In this document: positions 44,922 through 54,268 of the stretch, piece after piece | Position numbering within the stretch: position 1 is the stretch's first letter | Layout: the number at the start of each line of letters is the position of its first letter | Assembly (NCBI GenBank): GCA_965263475.1 | Contig: OZ253677.1 | Location: 4,633,812 to 4,697,811, forward strand | Length of the DNA stretch: 64,000 nt | Direction of reading: 5' to 3' | Source: Mariniblastus sp. | Lineage (GTDB): Bacteria > Planctomycetota > Planctomycetia > Pirellulales > Pirellulaceae | Notes under the pieces: model-generated | Told to the model about the DNA's origin: nothing | Seen by the model: the letters and a program-made list of their open reading frames with translations, nothing else | Databases searched by the model: none | Made by a program: the position numbers and the translations under genes

Positions 44922-45743
44922 ATGTCATTAAGATTGCGGTTGCGAACCGATTCGACAATCCCTGTTTTTGTTCAAGGGGTCATTCCCGAGATTACGAAAC
45001 GCAAGTCGTTATCCGAAATCGAGAAGCTTCCCATCCGCCAAGGGAATCAGGCCTTGTGCCTGGCCGAGGTGTTCGACGTATCAGGCAATTCAGATAACCA
45101 GACGATCGCTTGGGAAGGGGATCTTTCTGCAGTTCATTGGATTGGTGCCGGAATGCAATTGGGAAAGGTGATCATCGAAGGAAACTGCGGACGCCACTTG
45201 GGGAGTCGGATGCAGGGTGGGCGCATTGAAGTGATGGGAAGTGTGAGTGATTTTGTGGCTTGTGAAAACCGAGGCGGTACCATTTCGATTGCCGGCGACG
45301 CCGGTGATTGGGTCGGAGCGGCTTATCCGGGAACGAAATCCGGTGCCAACGGTGGCCAGATCTTTGTTCACGGAAATGCGGGAGATGCGGTCGGGATGGC
45401 GATGCGTCGAGGAATCGTTATTGTCATGGGTAGCACGGGCAGGCTGGCCGGATGGAATATGTTGGCTGGCACTATTGTGGTTAACGACAAATGGGGAGCA
45501 ATGGCTGGTCGTGGTATGAAACGCGGAACCTTGATTGGAACATGCAGCGCGTCTTCCGAGCACAACATTAATCAACTACCGGTGTCGTTTACACCCGGGA
45601 GCAACCGTCGCCCGGAATTCCTGTCAATCATGGAAAACTGGATCGAAAACAACTTCGTTGCGATACCGCGCAATGATCGTTACCAACAATTTCATGGTGA
45701 CCACCTTCGTGGTGGCAGAGGCGAAGTTTTTGTCGGCGGATAA
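44922..45743 (+). CDS. Formylmethanofuran dehydrogenase subunit C-like protein (FwdC/FhcC, GXGXG beta-helix)
   Basis: Start re-set from TTG 44913 to ATG 44922. It has repeated G-rich beta-helix turns: GKVIIEGNCGRHLGSRMQGGRIEVMGSVSDFV, GGTISIAGDAGDWVG, GGQIFVHGNAGDAVGMAMRRGIVIVMGSTG. Confidence 0.75.
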   Translation: MSLRLRLRTDSTIPVFVQGVIPEITKRKSLSEIEKLPIRQGNQALCLAEVFDVSGNSDNQTIAWEGDLSAVHWIGAGMQLGKVIIEGNCGRHLGSRMQGGRIEVMGSVSDFVACENRGGTISIAGDAGDWVGAAYPGTKSGANGGQIFVHGNAGDAVGMAMRRGIVIVMGSTGRLAGWNMLAGTIVVNDKWGAMAGRGMKRGTLIGTCSASSEHNINQLPVSFTPGSNRRPEFLSIMENWIENNFVAIPRNDRYQQFHGDHLRGGRGEVFVGG

Positions 45744-45755
45744 TCGCCAACCCGA

Positions 45756-47084
45756 TTACGGCGACAACAGAACGTCAACGAAACGACGGACGTCTAATAG
45801 ATCGACTCGCCCATCTTGATTGATGTCGGCTTCATTTTGATAGGGGCCATGTACCAATCGTTCGACGAAGGTCGCGACATCCAACTGCGAAACCGATCCG
45901 TCTAAGTTGACGTCGCCAAACAAGACTTGGGGACCGAAAGGATCAGAAAATTTGGGGTCGTTCAAGAATTGTTCGTCGGTGAGTGTTTCCATAAAATCAA
46001 TCATGGCTTGTTTCTCAGTCTTCGACAGGTTGTGGACTTCGACCGGACCTTCCGGGTTGTCATCAACACGTAGCAAAGCATCCAGAAATGGATTTTCCTG
46101 GACTCCGTGGTCATAAAAGTCGACGACTTCGGCGAGAGACGTGAATCGGCCATCGTGCATGAATCGACCACGGACACCAATGTTTCGCAAGGACGGAACT
46201 TTGAATCTGCCATTGCCTGCGCCCTGATCAGTAACGAACCGGTCGAGTCCAATGTTTCGCGGCATATCACCGATATTTGCAGGAGAGGCATGGCATTGGT
46301 GGCAACCGATGGAATCTGGTGTTCGTTCAAACAATTGTCTTCCCAATAATTCCGACTTGGAAAACACCGTTTCGAAATCGGGAAAACCGTTGTCGCCGAT
46401 TTCATAGGCGTGGTCGTATTTCGAGTTGTAGGAAACCATGGCGCGGACAAATTGAGCCAACGCCTTGGCGATTCGATCGTCCGTAACGGCGCCGTCGCCG
46501 AATGCATCCAAAAACAAGGGCTCGTAAAACGGGGTGGTTTCTAGCCTTTCACGCAACTCGCTCAACGGCAATCCCATTTCGGCCTCCGCTTCAATGGGGA
46601 TCAAGCACTGTTCTTCAAGCGTGGACGCTGTCTCGTCCCAACGGAATCTTCCCGATGCATAAAATACGGCATTCGTCAGGCCCATCGAATGCCGCATGGT
46701 TGGCAATCCCGAATGGCCAAAGCTAAATTGTCGCGGGTCCGCAAATCCAGTCGCTTGCGTGTGACAAGAGGCGCAAGAAATGGATCGGTTGATCGACAGG
46801 CTGCGATCATAAAACAATACACGGCCAAGCGTGGCCCCTGCATTGGTAACTGGATTGTCTAGTGGCGTGTTGTTTGCTGCACCGGCATCGGCGAACGGGG
46901 CCGTAGGCAGATAATGGTCCGGCAAATTCGTCACCGAATAGGTGACATAGTCAAACGGTATCGTGGGCAAACTTGGTTCATTTTGGCCCCAACAGATAGA
47001 GCCCATCAACAATATCGTAACGGCTAGGGACCCACGACAACCCACAACAATCCACTCAACCAAATTTGATTCGACGTATTTCAT
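45756..47084 (-). CDS. Di-haem cytochrome c peroxidase (CCP/MauG family) with a C-terminal dockerin-like module
   Basis: ATG start. It has two haem-binding CxxCH motifs (CASCH, CHQCH) plus LGRVLFYD, FKVPSLRNIG and MHDGRF. The tail is GDVNLDGSVSQLDVATFVERL...ADINQDGRVDLLDVRRFVDVLLSP (45759-45917). Confidence 0.85.
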   Translation of the reverse strand: MKYVESNLVEWIVVGCRGSLAVTILLMGSICWGQNEPSLPTIPFDYVTYSVTNLPDHYLPTAPFADAGAANNTPLDNPVTNAGATLGRVLFYDRSLSINRSISCASCHTQATGFADPRQFSFGHSGLPTMRHSMGLTNAVFYASGRFRWDETASTLEEQCLIPIEAEAEMGLPLSELRERLETTPFYEPLFLDAFGDGAVTDDRIAKALAQFVRAMVSYNSKYDHAYEIGDNGFPDFETVFSKSELLGRQLFERTPDSIGCHQCHASPANIGDMPRNIGLDRFVTDQGAGNGRFKVPSLRNIGVRGRFMHDGRFTSLAEVVDFYDHGVQENPFLDALLRVDDNPEGPVEVHNLSKTEKQAMIDFMETLTDEQFLNDPKFSDPFGPQVLFGDVNLDGSVSQLDVATFVERLVHGPYQNEADINQDGRVDLLDVRRFVDVLLSP

Positions 47085-47316
47085 GTGACTGTTTTTTGTT
47101 CTTCCGACTCGCCCATTCTACCATGAATTTGATGATACGTTCAGGCTTGAATGCGGTATCGTGACCGTTGTGTGAAATTCCGGATTGCATCCAAGTAGAC
47201 ATCTGGATAGGAGCACACCGCGATGAAAAGCGCACCCCGCCATTCGGTTTGACGGTGGCAATTGTATTGTGATAGAACATTTCGTTCTTGTTAAAGACCG
47301 AACTCTTTGATGCCCA

Positions 47317-48228
47317 ATGACGAAAAACAGCCCCAAAAACACCCCGAAAAGAAAAACGAAACGTGCGGCGTTTGAATCGGCGCAAGGTAGCGCCGCCGAT
47401 CAAAATCAAGGCCCCGTTAATCCCACGATCCATGACGGTCGTCGTTGGTACTTAATTTTCGTGTTTGTTGTGATTGCCATTGGTGGTACTTACCTGGCGA
47501 ATGCGATGCGCGGGGCTCGAAATGACATTCCTCGATACACCTATGAAATCGTCAAAAAGTACCCTCACGATCCGTCCGCATTCACTCAGGGGCTTATCCT
47601 CGATGATGGTGTGGTGTACGAGAGCACCGGCAAGGAAGGGTTGAGCACGATTAGGAAAGTTGATTTGAAGACGGGTGAAGTGCTGAAGAAAGTGAAGCTG
47701 GACGATCGTCATTTTGGCGAGGGACTTGCTAAAGCAGGCGACAAGTTGTACCAGTTAACTTGGAAGAAAGGCATTTGCCATGTCTACGACATGGAACTGA
47801 ACAAACTCAAAGAGTTCAAATACAGTGGACAGGGTTGGGGGCTGACGTACGACGGCGAGCATTTGATTATGAGTGACGGGACTTCTCGACTGAGGTTTTT
47901 GGACCCGGAAAATTTCGAAGAAGTCAAATCAGTTAAGGTAATGGCGGGGCGCAATCGAATCGACAGTTTGAACGAATTGGAGTATGCCGGCGGTTTCGTA
48001 TATGCCAATCGTTGGCAATGGGACAGTGTTTACAAAATCGATCCTGAAACCGGGCAAGTCGAAGGCGTCATTGACTTGGGTAGTATTTGGACCAATCGAC
48101 CGCGCGAGGGCATGTTGAACGGGATCGCTGTCGAGTCTTTTGGCTCAAAATCCGGCCGTGTGTTGGTCACCGGGAAATACTGTCCAACCATGTTTGAGAT
48201 CAAGGTTGTGCCCAAGGCAGTCAATTGA
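47317..48228 (+). CDS. Glutaminyl-peptide cyclotransferase (beta-propeller, plant/bacterial type), membrane-anchored
   Basis: ATG start, a basic N-terminus and a TM helix (WYLIFVFVVIAIGGTYL). Motifs include YPHDPSAFTQGL, YESTG, GEGL, WGLTYDG, LNELEY and NGIA. Confidence 0.8.
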   Translation: MTKNSPKNTPKRKTKRAAFESAQGSAADQNQGPVNPTIHDGRRWYLIFVFVVIAIGGTYLANAMRGARNDIPRYTYEIVKKYPHDPSAFTQGLILDDGVVYESTGKEGLSTIRKVDLKTGEVLKKVKLDDRHFGEGLAKAGDKLYQLTWKKGICHVYDMELNKLKEFKYSGQGWGLTYDGEHLIMSDGTSRLRFLDPENFEEVKSVKVMAGRNRIDSLNELEYAGGFVYANRWQWDSVYKIDPETGQVEGVIDLGSIWTNRPREGMLNGIAVESFGSKSGRVLVTGKYCPTMFEIKVVPKAVN

Positions 48229-48802
48229 GTTTATTCATCCATGGGGGGGATTGCTGCAGCAGGGGGTCGACCGAAACCAGTTCGAAATTGACGTCCTGAA
48301 TGCCCCGGCCAGGGACGACGTCAATGGTCAGATCAGAGTGCAGGTTGTAGTAGAATGGAATCGTTTCGTCGGGCTGTTGTTGGATACTTTCATTCAAAAT
48401 GGACCAGGCTTCATTGACATCTTGCCGAACGACGTTCGCGTCGATAGTAAAAACGGGGCCTTGCAATTTGGGTTTCGAATTGGTGGAATAGTCAGCGCGG
48501 CTGATAATCACCAAGTGTTTGCCAACAAGCGCTCCTTCCTGGTCGTCCCGGGTGGCCAGCTCAAATTCTCCACGATTGTCGGTCGTTCCATAAGAGATCA
48601 AGAATTGGCTTGAGAGCGTCGCATTTTGGGGAACAAATACGACTCTGGCATCAGCGACAGGACGACCGTCCAAAGTGACCTTGCCGCGAATCTCTACCAT
48701 GTCACCGGGCCGAACGTAGTCTCGTTGGCAACCGAACGACAGGCAAACCGCGGCCAGCAACACAAGGCAGCCAACGCGATTGAAAACGGGCGTCGTCAAC
48801 AT
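48221..48802 (-). CDS. Hypothetical lipoprotein with a carboxypeptidase-regulatory-like (Ig-like) domain
   Basis: ATG start and a lipobox LSFGC. The segment GKVTLDGRPVADARVVFVP...TDNRGEFEL resembles CarboxypepD_reg folds. Its start overlaps the cstA stop by 7 nt. Confidence 0.55.
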   Translation of the reverse strand: MLTTPVFNRVGCLVLLAAVCLSFGCQRDYVRPGDMVEIRGKVTLDGRPVADARVVFVPQNATLSSQFLISYGTTDNRGEFELATRDDQEGALVGKHLVIISRADYSTNSKPKLQGPVFTIDANVVRQDVNEAWSILNESIQQQPDETIPFYYNLHSDLTIDVVPGRGIQDVNFELVSVDPLLQQSPPWMNKLN

Positions 48803-50721
48803 GAACGGCCTCCGCTGGCTTCTAACTGATTGTTTGCACCGGGCAACGGTGGCAACGTTTCTTCCATGACTCCTTTAGCTTGCGGCCACGCAAGTACCGC
48901 TTCTACGACCATCCAGAACTGAAGCGCTAACGTAATCAGTGCGATAGATCCCAATAATTTGTGATCACCTATTGTCCACCACCAGCCGATAGGAGATTCA
49001 GCACCGGGCAGAACTTCGGTGGAAAAGAGTTGCCAAAGTAATGCCCAGGCCGGCATGACGATCATTAGCAGCATCGGTAGCAGCACGAACCAAACCGGCT
49101 TGTTGCGTCGCCACAAATAAAACACAGTTACCATGAAAGCCAAACCGGCCAACAATTGGTTGGTCGCGCCAAACAATGGCCACAGCAATAGGCCACCAGT
49201 GCCGCGAACCCCGCTCGGTCCTGGCAACAACGCGATCGTGCCACCGAGTACAACCGCAACAGCCGTTGCCACATACATGTTTTTCAACGGTGAGATTCCG
49301 ACGGATGTGCCAATCTCTTGGATCACATAACGCTGCAGACGAGTCGCCGTGTCCAGAGTCGTTGCAGCAAAACATGCAACCAATACCGAAATAATTCCCA
49401 GGGCAATCTTCAGTGGTAGTCCAAGGGCGAACAAGAAATTAGCGCCTCCGTCGACGAACGCGCCGACTTTTTTACCCAAATCAAAGTCGCTCCATTTTTC
49501 AGCCTTGTAATACGTTGCCCAGGCAGAACTACCAACGACCGTTTCACCAGCCACATCTGTCTTCCAGGCGTACGTTGTTTGCCCGTTTTCACCAGCGGGC
49601 GACTTCTCAATTTTGCCCATTCCAGTTCCGGCACAGCAAGCGAGAATCACCACGGTCGCCAGCGCGCCTTCGAGTAGCATCGAGCCGTAACCGATATATT
49701 GTGCATCAGTTTCACACGAGATTTGTTTGCTACTGGTGCCGCTGCTGACTAAGCAATGGAATCCGCTGACGGCACCGCAAGCGATGGTGATGAACAAGAA
49801 AGGCCAAATAGGTGGCGTTCCCAGCGGTAGGCTCTCGGTCCCCACCACCGCCGGCGCAGACGAAAACAGGTCCGCTTGTCCACTTAACGATGCAACAAGC
49901 AAGCCCACCATCAGCAAAGCTAACGCCACAAAAAGTTGGTAGCTGTTGATGAAATCACGCGGTTGCAACAACAACCAAACAGGCAGAACCGAAGCGGCCG
50001 CACAATAAATCAACAACAAAACCGTCCAAAGAACGATTGGATTGGCAAAGGACTCTAAGGCAGTGCCGTTCAATCCAGTTAAATTTAATTCGATCGGCAA
50101 ATAGTAGGCGCCAAGGTAAACGGCCAAGTAGATCAATACCAGCGCGAGCAACGACAGCGGCATCAAAGCTCCTGGATTTTTACGAATCACCAAGCCCATC
50201 ACGATTGCAATCGGGAGCGAAATCCAAACGGGCAATACGGACTCGGGGTACATTTTGAAAATTGCGGCGATGACTAGGCCAAAAATGGCCAAAACGATGG
50301 TCAGTGCAAAAAACAAGACCAACAAGAACAGCAATTTTGCCCGTGGCGAAATCATTCTTCCAGCAACTTCACCAACGGTTTGACCGCGGTTTCGTAGACT
50401 TACCACCAACGCGCCAAAATCATGAACGGCTCCAATAAAAATGCTGCCGAATACGACCCACAGCAAGGCCGGAAGCCAGCCCCAGAACACGGCGATCGCC
50501 GGGCCGACGATCGGTCCGGTACCGGCGATACTGGTAAAATGATGCCCGAACACGATCGACTTGCGAGACGGGACAAAGTCGACATCATCTTGAAGTTGTT
50601 TGCTGGGTACTTCAGCTTCCGGGTCGAGGGCAAAGATCTTCCGCGACAACCAACGTCCGTATGTGAAATACGCGACGATAAACCCGACAAACGTTCCAGC
50701 AGCTAGTAGAAATGTGTACAT
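48796..50721 (-). CDS. cstA: Carbon starvation protein A (peptide/pyruvate transporter family)
   Basis: ATG start, 641 aa, polytopic. Contains VFGHHFTSIAGTGPIVGPAIAV...GAVHDFGAL..., typical of CstA. Confidence 0.92.
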   Translation of the reverse strand: MYTFLLAAGTFVGFIVAYFTYGRWLSRKIFALDPEAEVPSKQLQDDVDFVPSRKSIVFGHHFTSIAGTGPIVGPAIAVFWGWLPALLWVVFGSIFIGAVHDFGALVVSLRNRGQTVGEVAGRMISPRAKLLFLLVLFFALTIVLAIFGLVIAAIFKMYPESVLPVWISLPIAIVMGLVIRKNPGALMPLSLLALVLIYLAVYLGAYYLPIELNLTGLNGTALESFANPIVLWTVLLLIYCAAASVLPVWLLLQPRDFINSYQLFVALALLMVGLLVASLSGQADLFSSAPAVVGTESLPLGTPPIWPFLFITIACGAVSGFHCLVSSGTSSKQISCETDAQYIGYGSMLLEGALATVVILACCAGTGMGKIEKSPAGENGQTTYAWKTDVAGETVVGSSAWATYYKAEKWSDFDLGKKVGAFVDGGANFLFALGLPLKIALGIISVLVACFAATTLDTATRLQRYVIQEIGTSVGISPLKNMYVATAVAVVLGGTIALLPGPSGVRGTGGLLLWPLFGATNQLLAGLAFMVTVFYLWRRNKPVWFVLLPMLLMIVMPAWALLWQLFSTEVLPGAESPIGWWWTIGDHKLLGSIALITLALQFWMVVEAVLAWPQAKGVMEETLPPLPGANNQLEASGGRSC

Positions 50722-50790
50722 AAAAAAATGTTGCGTCTTTCAAACGGGATAAAGTCTATCAGAACATCTCAATCCGCTCCAACGAGTGGA

Positions 50791-50820
50791 CTGACAATCG
50801 ATTTCAAAAAGTCCTATAAT
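50791..50820 (+). promoter_or_regulatory. Sigma-70-like promoter candidate for trxB
   Basis: CTGACA (50791-50796), an 18-nt spacer, then TATAAT (50815-50820), ~105 nt upstream of the trxB GTG. Planctomycete promoter rules are poorly defined, so this is only a pattern match. Confidence 0.35.
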
Positions 50821-50926
50821 CTGGCGTTCGATTTGGGCAAAGTCTGTAAAGTTTTTTTTCGAATCGACGTCAATTTGAGAACAACTTAGATTTGATTGAC
50901 ATATTTCTAGAAGCGAGGAATCGAAA

Positions 50927-51982
50927 GTGCCAGAAAAGGTCGTCATTATTGGAAGTGGACCCGCCGGTTGGGCGGCCGCAATTTATGCTGCCCGCGCGAA
51001 CTTGTCACCGTTGGTGTTCGAAGGAACCGTCAAACCCGAAATGATCCCGTTGGGACAATTGGCATTTACGACCGAAGTGGAAAACTACCCTGGGTTTCCA
51101 TTCGGCAATATCCGCGCTTTTGTAGAATCCGCCGTGGACAAAGAACGGCACTGGAATTTGCCACCGGCTCCCGACCACAAGCGTGATGGAATTTACCACT
51201 ACGCCGTTCAAGGCGTTGAATTAATGGAGTTGATGAAACAACAAGCATTGAATTTCGACACGCGCGTCATTGGTGACGACATTGTCGACGTCGATTTCGA
51301 TTCGCGCCCCATGCAGGTTATTCCCGCCAGTGGCGAGCCTGTCGAGACACACACGATCATTGTTGCGACTGGAGCGCGAGCCAACTACTTGGGTTTGGAA
51401 TCGGAAGAAGCATATAAGAACAAAGGGGTCAGCGCGTGCGCGGTTTGCGATGGAGCGTTGCCAATTTTTCGTGAGAAACCGTTAGCTGTGGTTGGCGGTG
51501 GCGATTCGGCTGTGGAAGAAGCATCGTATTTGGCCAATTTGAAGGGGGCGCAGACAATCTACATGCTGGTTCGGCGTGATGAAATGCGGGCGTCCAAAAT
51601 TATGGCTCAGCGGGCGATCGAGCATCCCAATATTGAGATTCTATGGAATACGGTGGTCGACGAAGTGCTGGGCGACGGCAATATGGTCAACGGATTGCGT
51701 GTCAAAAGCACAATTGATCATTCTACCCGTGAATTAGCAGTAGGCGGGATGTTCGTCGCCATTGGGCACACGCCAAATACGGCTTTCTTGAATGGAAAGC
51801 TGGAGATGAATGACCAAGGCTATATAAAATGGACGAAGTCGTTCCGTACCAATACCAGTGCTGAAGCCGTGTTTGCGGCTGGCGATGTCGCCGACGATTA
51901 TTACCGGCAGGCGATTACGTCTGCGGGTACGGGTTGCATGGCTGCGCTGGATGCCGAACGTTATCTGGCCGAACAAGAGTAA
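50927..51982 (+). CDS. trxB: Thioredoxin-disulfide reductase
   Basis: GTG start preceded by gcgaggaa. Motifs include [20 protein letters not shown], the redox-active [30 protein letters not shown] and FAAGDVAD. Confidence 0.92.
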   Translation: MPEKVVIIGSGPAGWAAAIYAARANLSPLVFEGTVKPEMIPLGQLAFTTEVENYPGFPFGNIRAFVESAVDKERHWNLPPAPDHKRDGIYHYAVQGVELMELMKQQALNFDTRVIGDDIVDVDFDSRPMQVIPASGEPVETHTIIVATGARANYLGLESEEAYKNKGVSACAVCDGALPIFREKPLAVVGGGDSAVEEASYLANLKGAQTIYMLVRRDEMRASKIMAQRAIEHPNIEILWNTVVDEVLGDGNMVNGLRVKSTIDHSTRELAVGGMFVAIGHTPNTAFLNGKLEMNDQGYIKWTKSFRTNTSAEAVFAAGDVADDYYRQAITSAGTGCMAALDAERYLAEQE

Positions 51983-51996
51983 AATAACTGCTTCGA

Positions 51997-53817
51997 ATGT
52001 CTACCTTTGACGAACGCCAAATCCTGACTGCTGCACAAAACAAGGGCGTGTTCTCGACGCTGCTGGCCTATTTCCGACTTTCGGGTCCAGGCTGGTTGCA
52101 AAGCGCGATAACACTGGGTGGCGCATCGCTAGTTGGCTCGCTTTATCTCGGTATGTTGGGTGGCCATGAAATGCTGTGGTTGCAAATGGTAGCCATTGTC
52201 ATCGGAGTCATCATGTTGTCGGCCATCAGTTACGTGACGCTTTCGACGCACCAGCGTCCCTATGAAGCGATCAACGATCACGTGAATCCTGTTTTGGGCG
52301 TGGGCTGGGTCACGGCGACAATTCTGGCCAATATGATTTGGATTTTGCCTCAATTCAGCCTTTGTTTTGATGCGATCGACAAAAATTTGATGCCACAGCC
52401 ATTCGAAACGACTTCTTTGCAACCGAAGATTATCGTTTCGGCGATACTGGCGGTTTTTGCATGGGTCGTTGTGTACTTGAGTTTGAAACCCGGGTTGGCT
52501 TCGCGCATATTCGATATCGTATTGAAGCTGATGATCATGGTGGTCTTGCTTTGCTTTGTTGGCGTCGTCGTTTGGCTAACGCAAAACGAACAAGTGAATT
52601 GGCTGGAAGTATTGTCAGGGTTTGTGCCGGATTTTAGCCAATGGAATCAACCGGTAAACGCACTCCGCGAATTGGCGGCGGGTTTAGACGAATCATCAAA
52701 GACGTATTGGACGGATTTGATCGTAGCGCGTCAGCGCGAAGGAATGATCAGCGTAACCGCGACCGCGGTCGGCTTGAATATGACGTTTTTGTTGCCGTAT
52801 TCGATGTTGTCGCGAGGATGGGACAAACCGTTTCGCGGCTTGGCGCGATTTGATTTGATTACGGCTTTGGCGATCCCATTTTTGATCGTGACCACTTGTA
52901 TTGTAATCGCGTCGGCTCATGCATTTCATGGAAAAGCTGACGCGAGTTTTCTTAGCAACGATCCGGCTCAGATCCAACAAAGTGTAATGTTTGAAAGTGT
53001 GAGTTCAATCATTGCGAAACGAGTTGATGACCCCGAAACGACTTCGGCACTTAAAGCGATCGAAACGCAAATCGAGATCTTGAGCCGTGAATCCCAGGAG
53101 TCCGAGGATCCATCATCCAGATTGGCGGCGGCGGATTTATTGGAGGAGGCCGAAGCTGAAAAGATTGAATTGTTGGCAGGTTACCTGGCGTCGCTCGATA
53201 TGAATGAACGCAAATTAGCTCTGGCGATGGTCAAACCGAATGTCGCGCAGTTGTCCGTGACTTTAGCGCCCATTTTTGGCGAAAACAGCCAGTGGTCGCG
53301 TCGACTCCTGGGAATCGGCGCCCTGAGTATGGGGTTCTCGACGATTGTAATCCTGACGCTGATCAACAGTTTGGCGTTTGCGGAAGTTTGGGGCGACTTT
53401 GAACATCCGGTTGCGCGCATGACCGGTGCGACCGCAGCACTGTTGGTTGGCTTTTTTTGGTTTTTTGTCTGGTCATCAGGATCCAAGACCTATCTAGTTA
53501 TTGTCGCGTCGACTTTTGGAGCGATCTTGTTGCCAATTGCGTACATCGCTTTTTTCATTTTGATGAACAGCAAACGCTGCCTTGGCAAAGAAAAACCGAC
53601 TGGTATTCGGCGATGGATTTGGAATACGTTAATGGGGATTGGGGTTCTCGGCGCTGTGGTCCAAGCTTACGGTGGCATTACGACCAAGCTGAACGATCCC
53701 AATCCCGTCATCGGACCCATGGTCATCGGTGGTTGCATTACGTTTTTGTTGCTGGCCATTGTTGGATTTTCTGCCCGGCCGGAATACGATTACAGTGATG
53801 AAGATCTTGATGAATAA
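51997..53817 (+). CDS. NRAMP-superfamily-like transporter with a non-canonical metal-site motif
   Basis: ATG start 15 nt after trxB; polytopic (~11-12 TM). The N-terminal GPGWLQSAITLGGASLVG aligns by eye to the NRAMP segment GPAFIAAIGYIDPGNFAT, but reads GGAS where DPGN is expected. A hydrophilic acidic insert lies at ~aa 330-400. Confidence 0.6.
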   Translation: MSTFDERQILTAAQNKGVFSTLLAYFRLSGPGWLQSAITLGGASLVGSLYLGMLGGHEMLWLQMVAIVIGVIMLSAISYVTLSTHQRPYEAINDHVNPVLGVGWVTATILANMIWILPQFSLCFDAIDKNLMPQPFETTSLQPKIIVSAILAVFAWVVVYLSLKPGLASRIFDIVLKLMIMVVLLCFVGVVVWLTQNEQVNWLEVLSGFVPDFSQWNQPVNALRELAAGLDESSKTYWTDLIVARQREGMISVTATAVGLNMTFLLPYSMLSRGWDKPFRGLARFDLITALAIPFLIVTTCIVIASAHAFHGKADASFLSNDPAQIQQSVMFESVSSIIAKRVDDPETTSALKAIETQIEILSRESQESEDPSSRLAAADLLEEAEAEKIELLAGYLASLDMNERKLALAMVKPNVAQLSVTLAPIFGENSQWSRRLLGIGALSMGFSTIVILTLINSLAFAEVWGDFEHPVARMTGATAALLVGFFWFFVWSSGSKTYLVIVASTFGAILLPIAYIAFFILMNSKRCLGKEKPTGIRRWIWNTLMGIGVLGAVVQAYGGITTKLNDPNPVIGPMVIGGCITFLLLAIVGFSARPEYDYSDEDLDE

Positions 53818-53843
53818 CTTTTTGTTCAAGGCATGAGGCTGAC

Positions 53844-54161
53844 ATGTCCGGAGCCCAGCAATTCGGTTTGCGGCAGTTATTTGTTTTGGTGACCTGCGCC
53901 GCCCTTGGTTTGCCGTTAATTTTGACCAACCACCACCATTTGTGGCGTGATGCAGAAGGTCTTTCTCTATCTGTTCATTGGGTTGTTTCTGTTGCGTTGA
54001 TTTACAGCTTTTTGTGGAGCGTCGCGGCCATTCTGGCGACTTACTTGGCGGTCGACGTGGCAAGCCGGACGACCAAGACGGGCTTGATCGCATGTGTGGC
54101 GATTGCCTTAATTGGAGTTTTTTACAATGTTGGGGCTGGCATCTGGATATTTGCCAACTAG
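53844..54161 (+). CDS. Small hypothetical membrane protein
   Basis: ATG start 27 nt after the transporter, with three hydrophobic helices. No recognisable family. Confidence 0.45.
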   Translation: MSGAQQFGLRQLFVLVTCAALGLPLILTNHHHLWRDAEGLSLSVHWVVSVALIYSFLWSVAAILATYLAVDVASRTTKTGLIACVAIALIGVFYNVGAGIWIFAN

Positions 54162-54268
54162 TCCGCGTTGCGTTTGCTCAGGGTTGATTATTCAGAATTG
54201 ACTTGAAAAACGATACCAAAGACGCCATGTAATTTAACGTGCACAAGCATCCAATGTCGCGAATTTTC

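Noticed and set aside
47056-47433. A 125-aa ORF (-) spanning the divergent region between the peroxidase and glutaminyl cyclase genes.
   Set aside because: It overlaps the starts of both well-supported genes and has no recognisable features.
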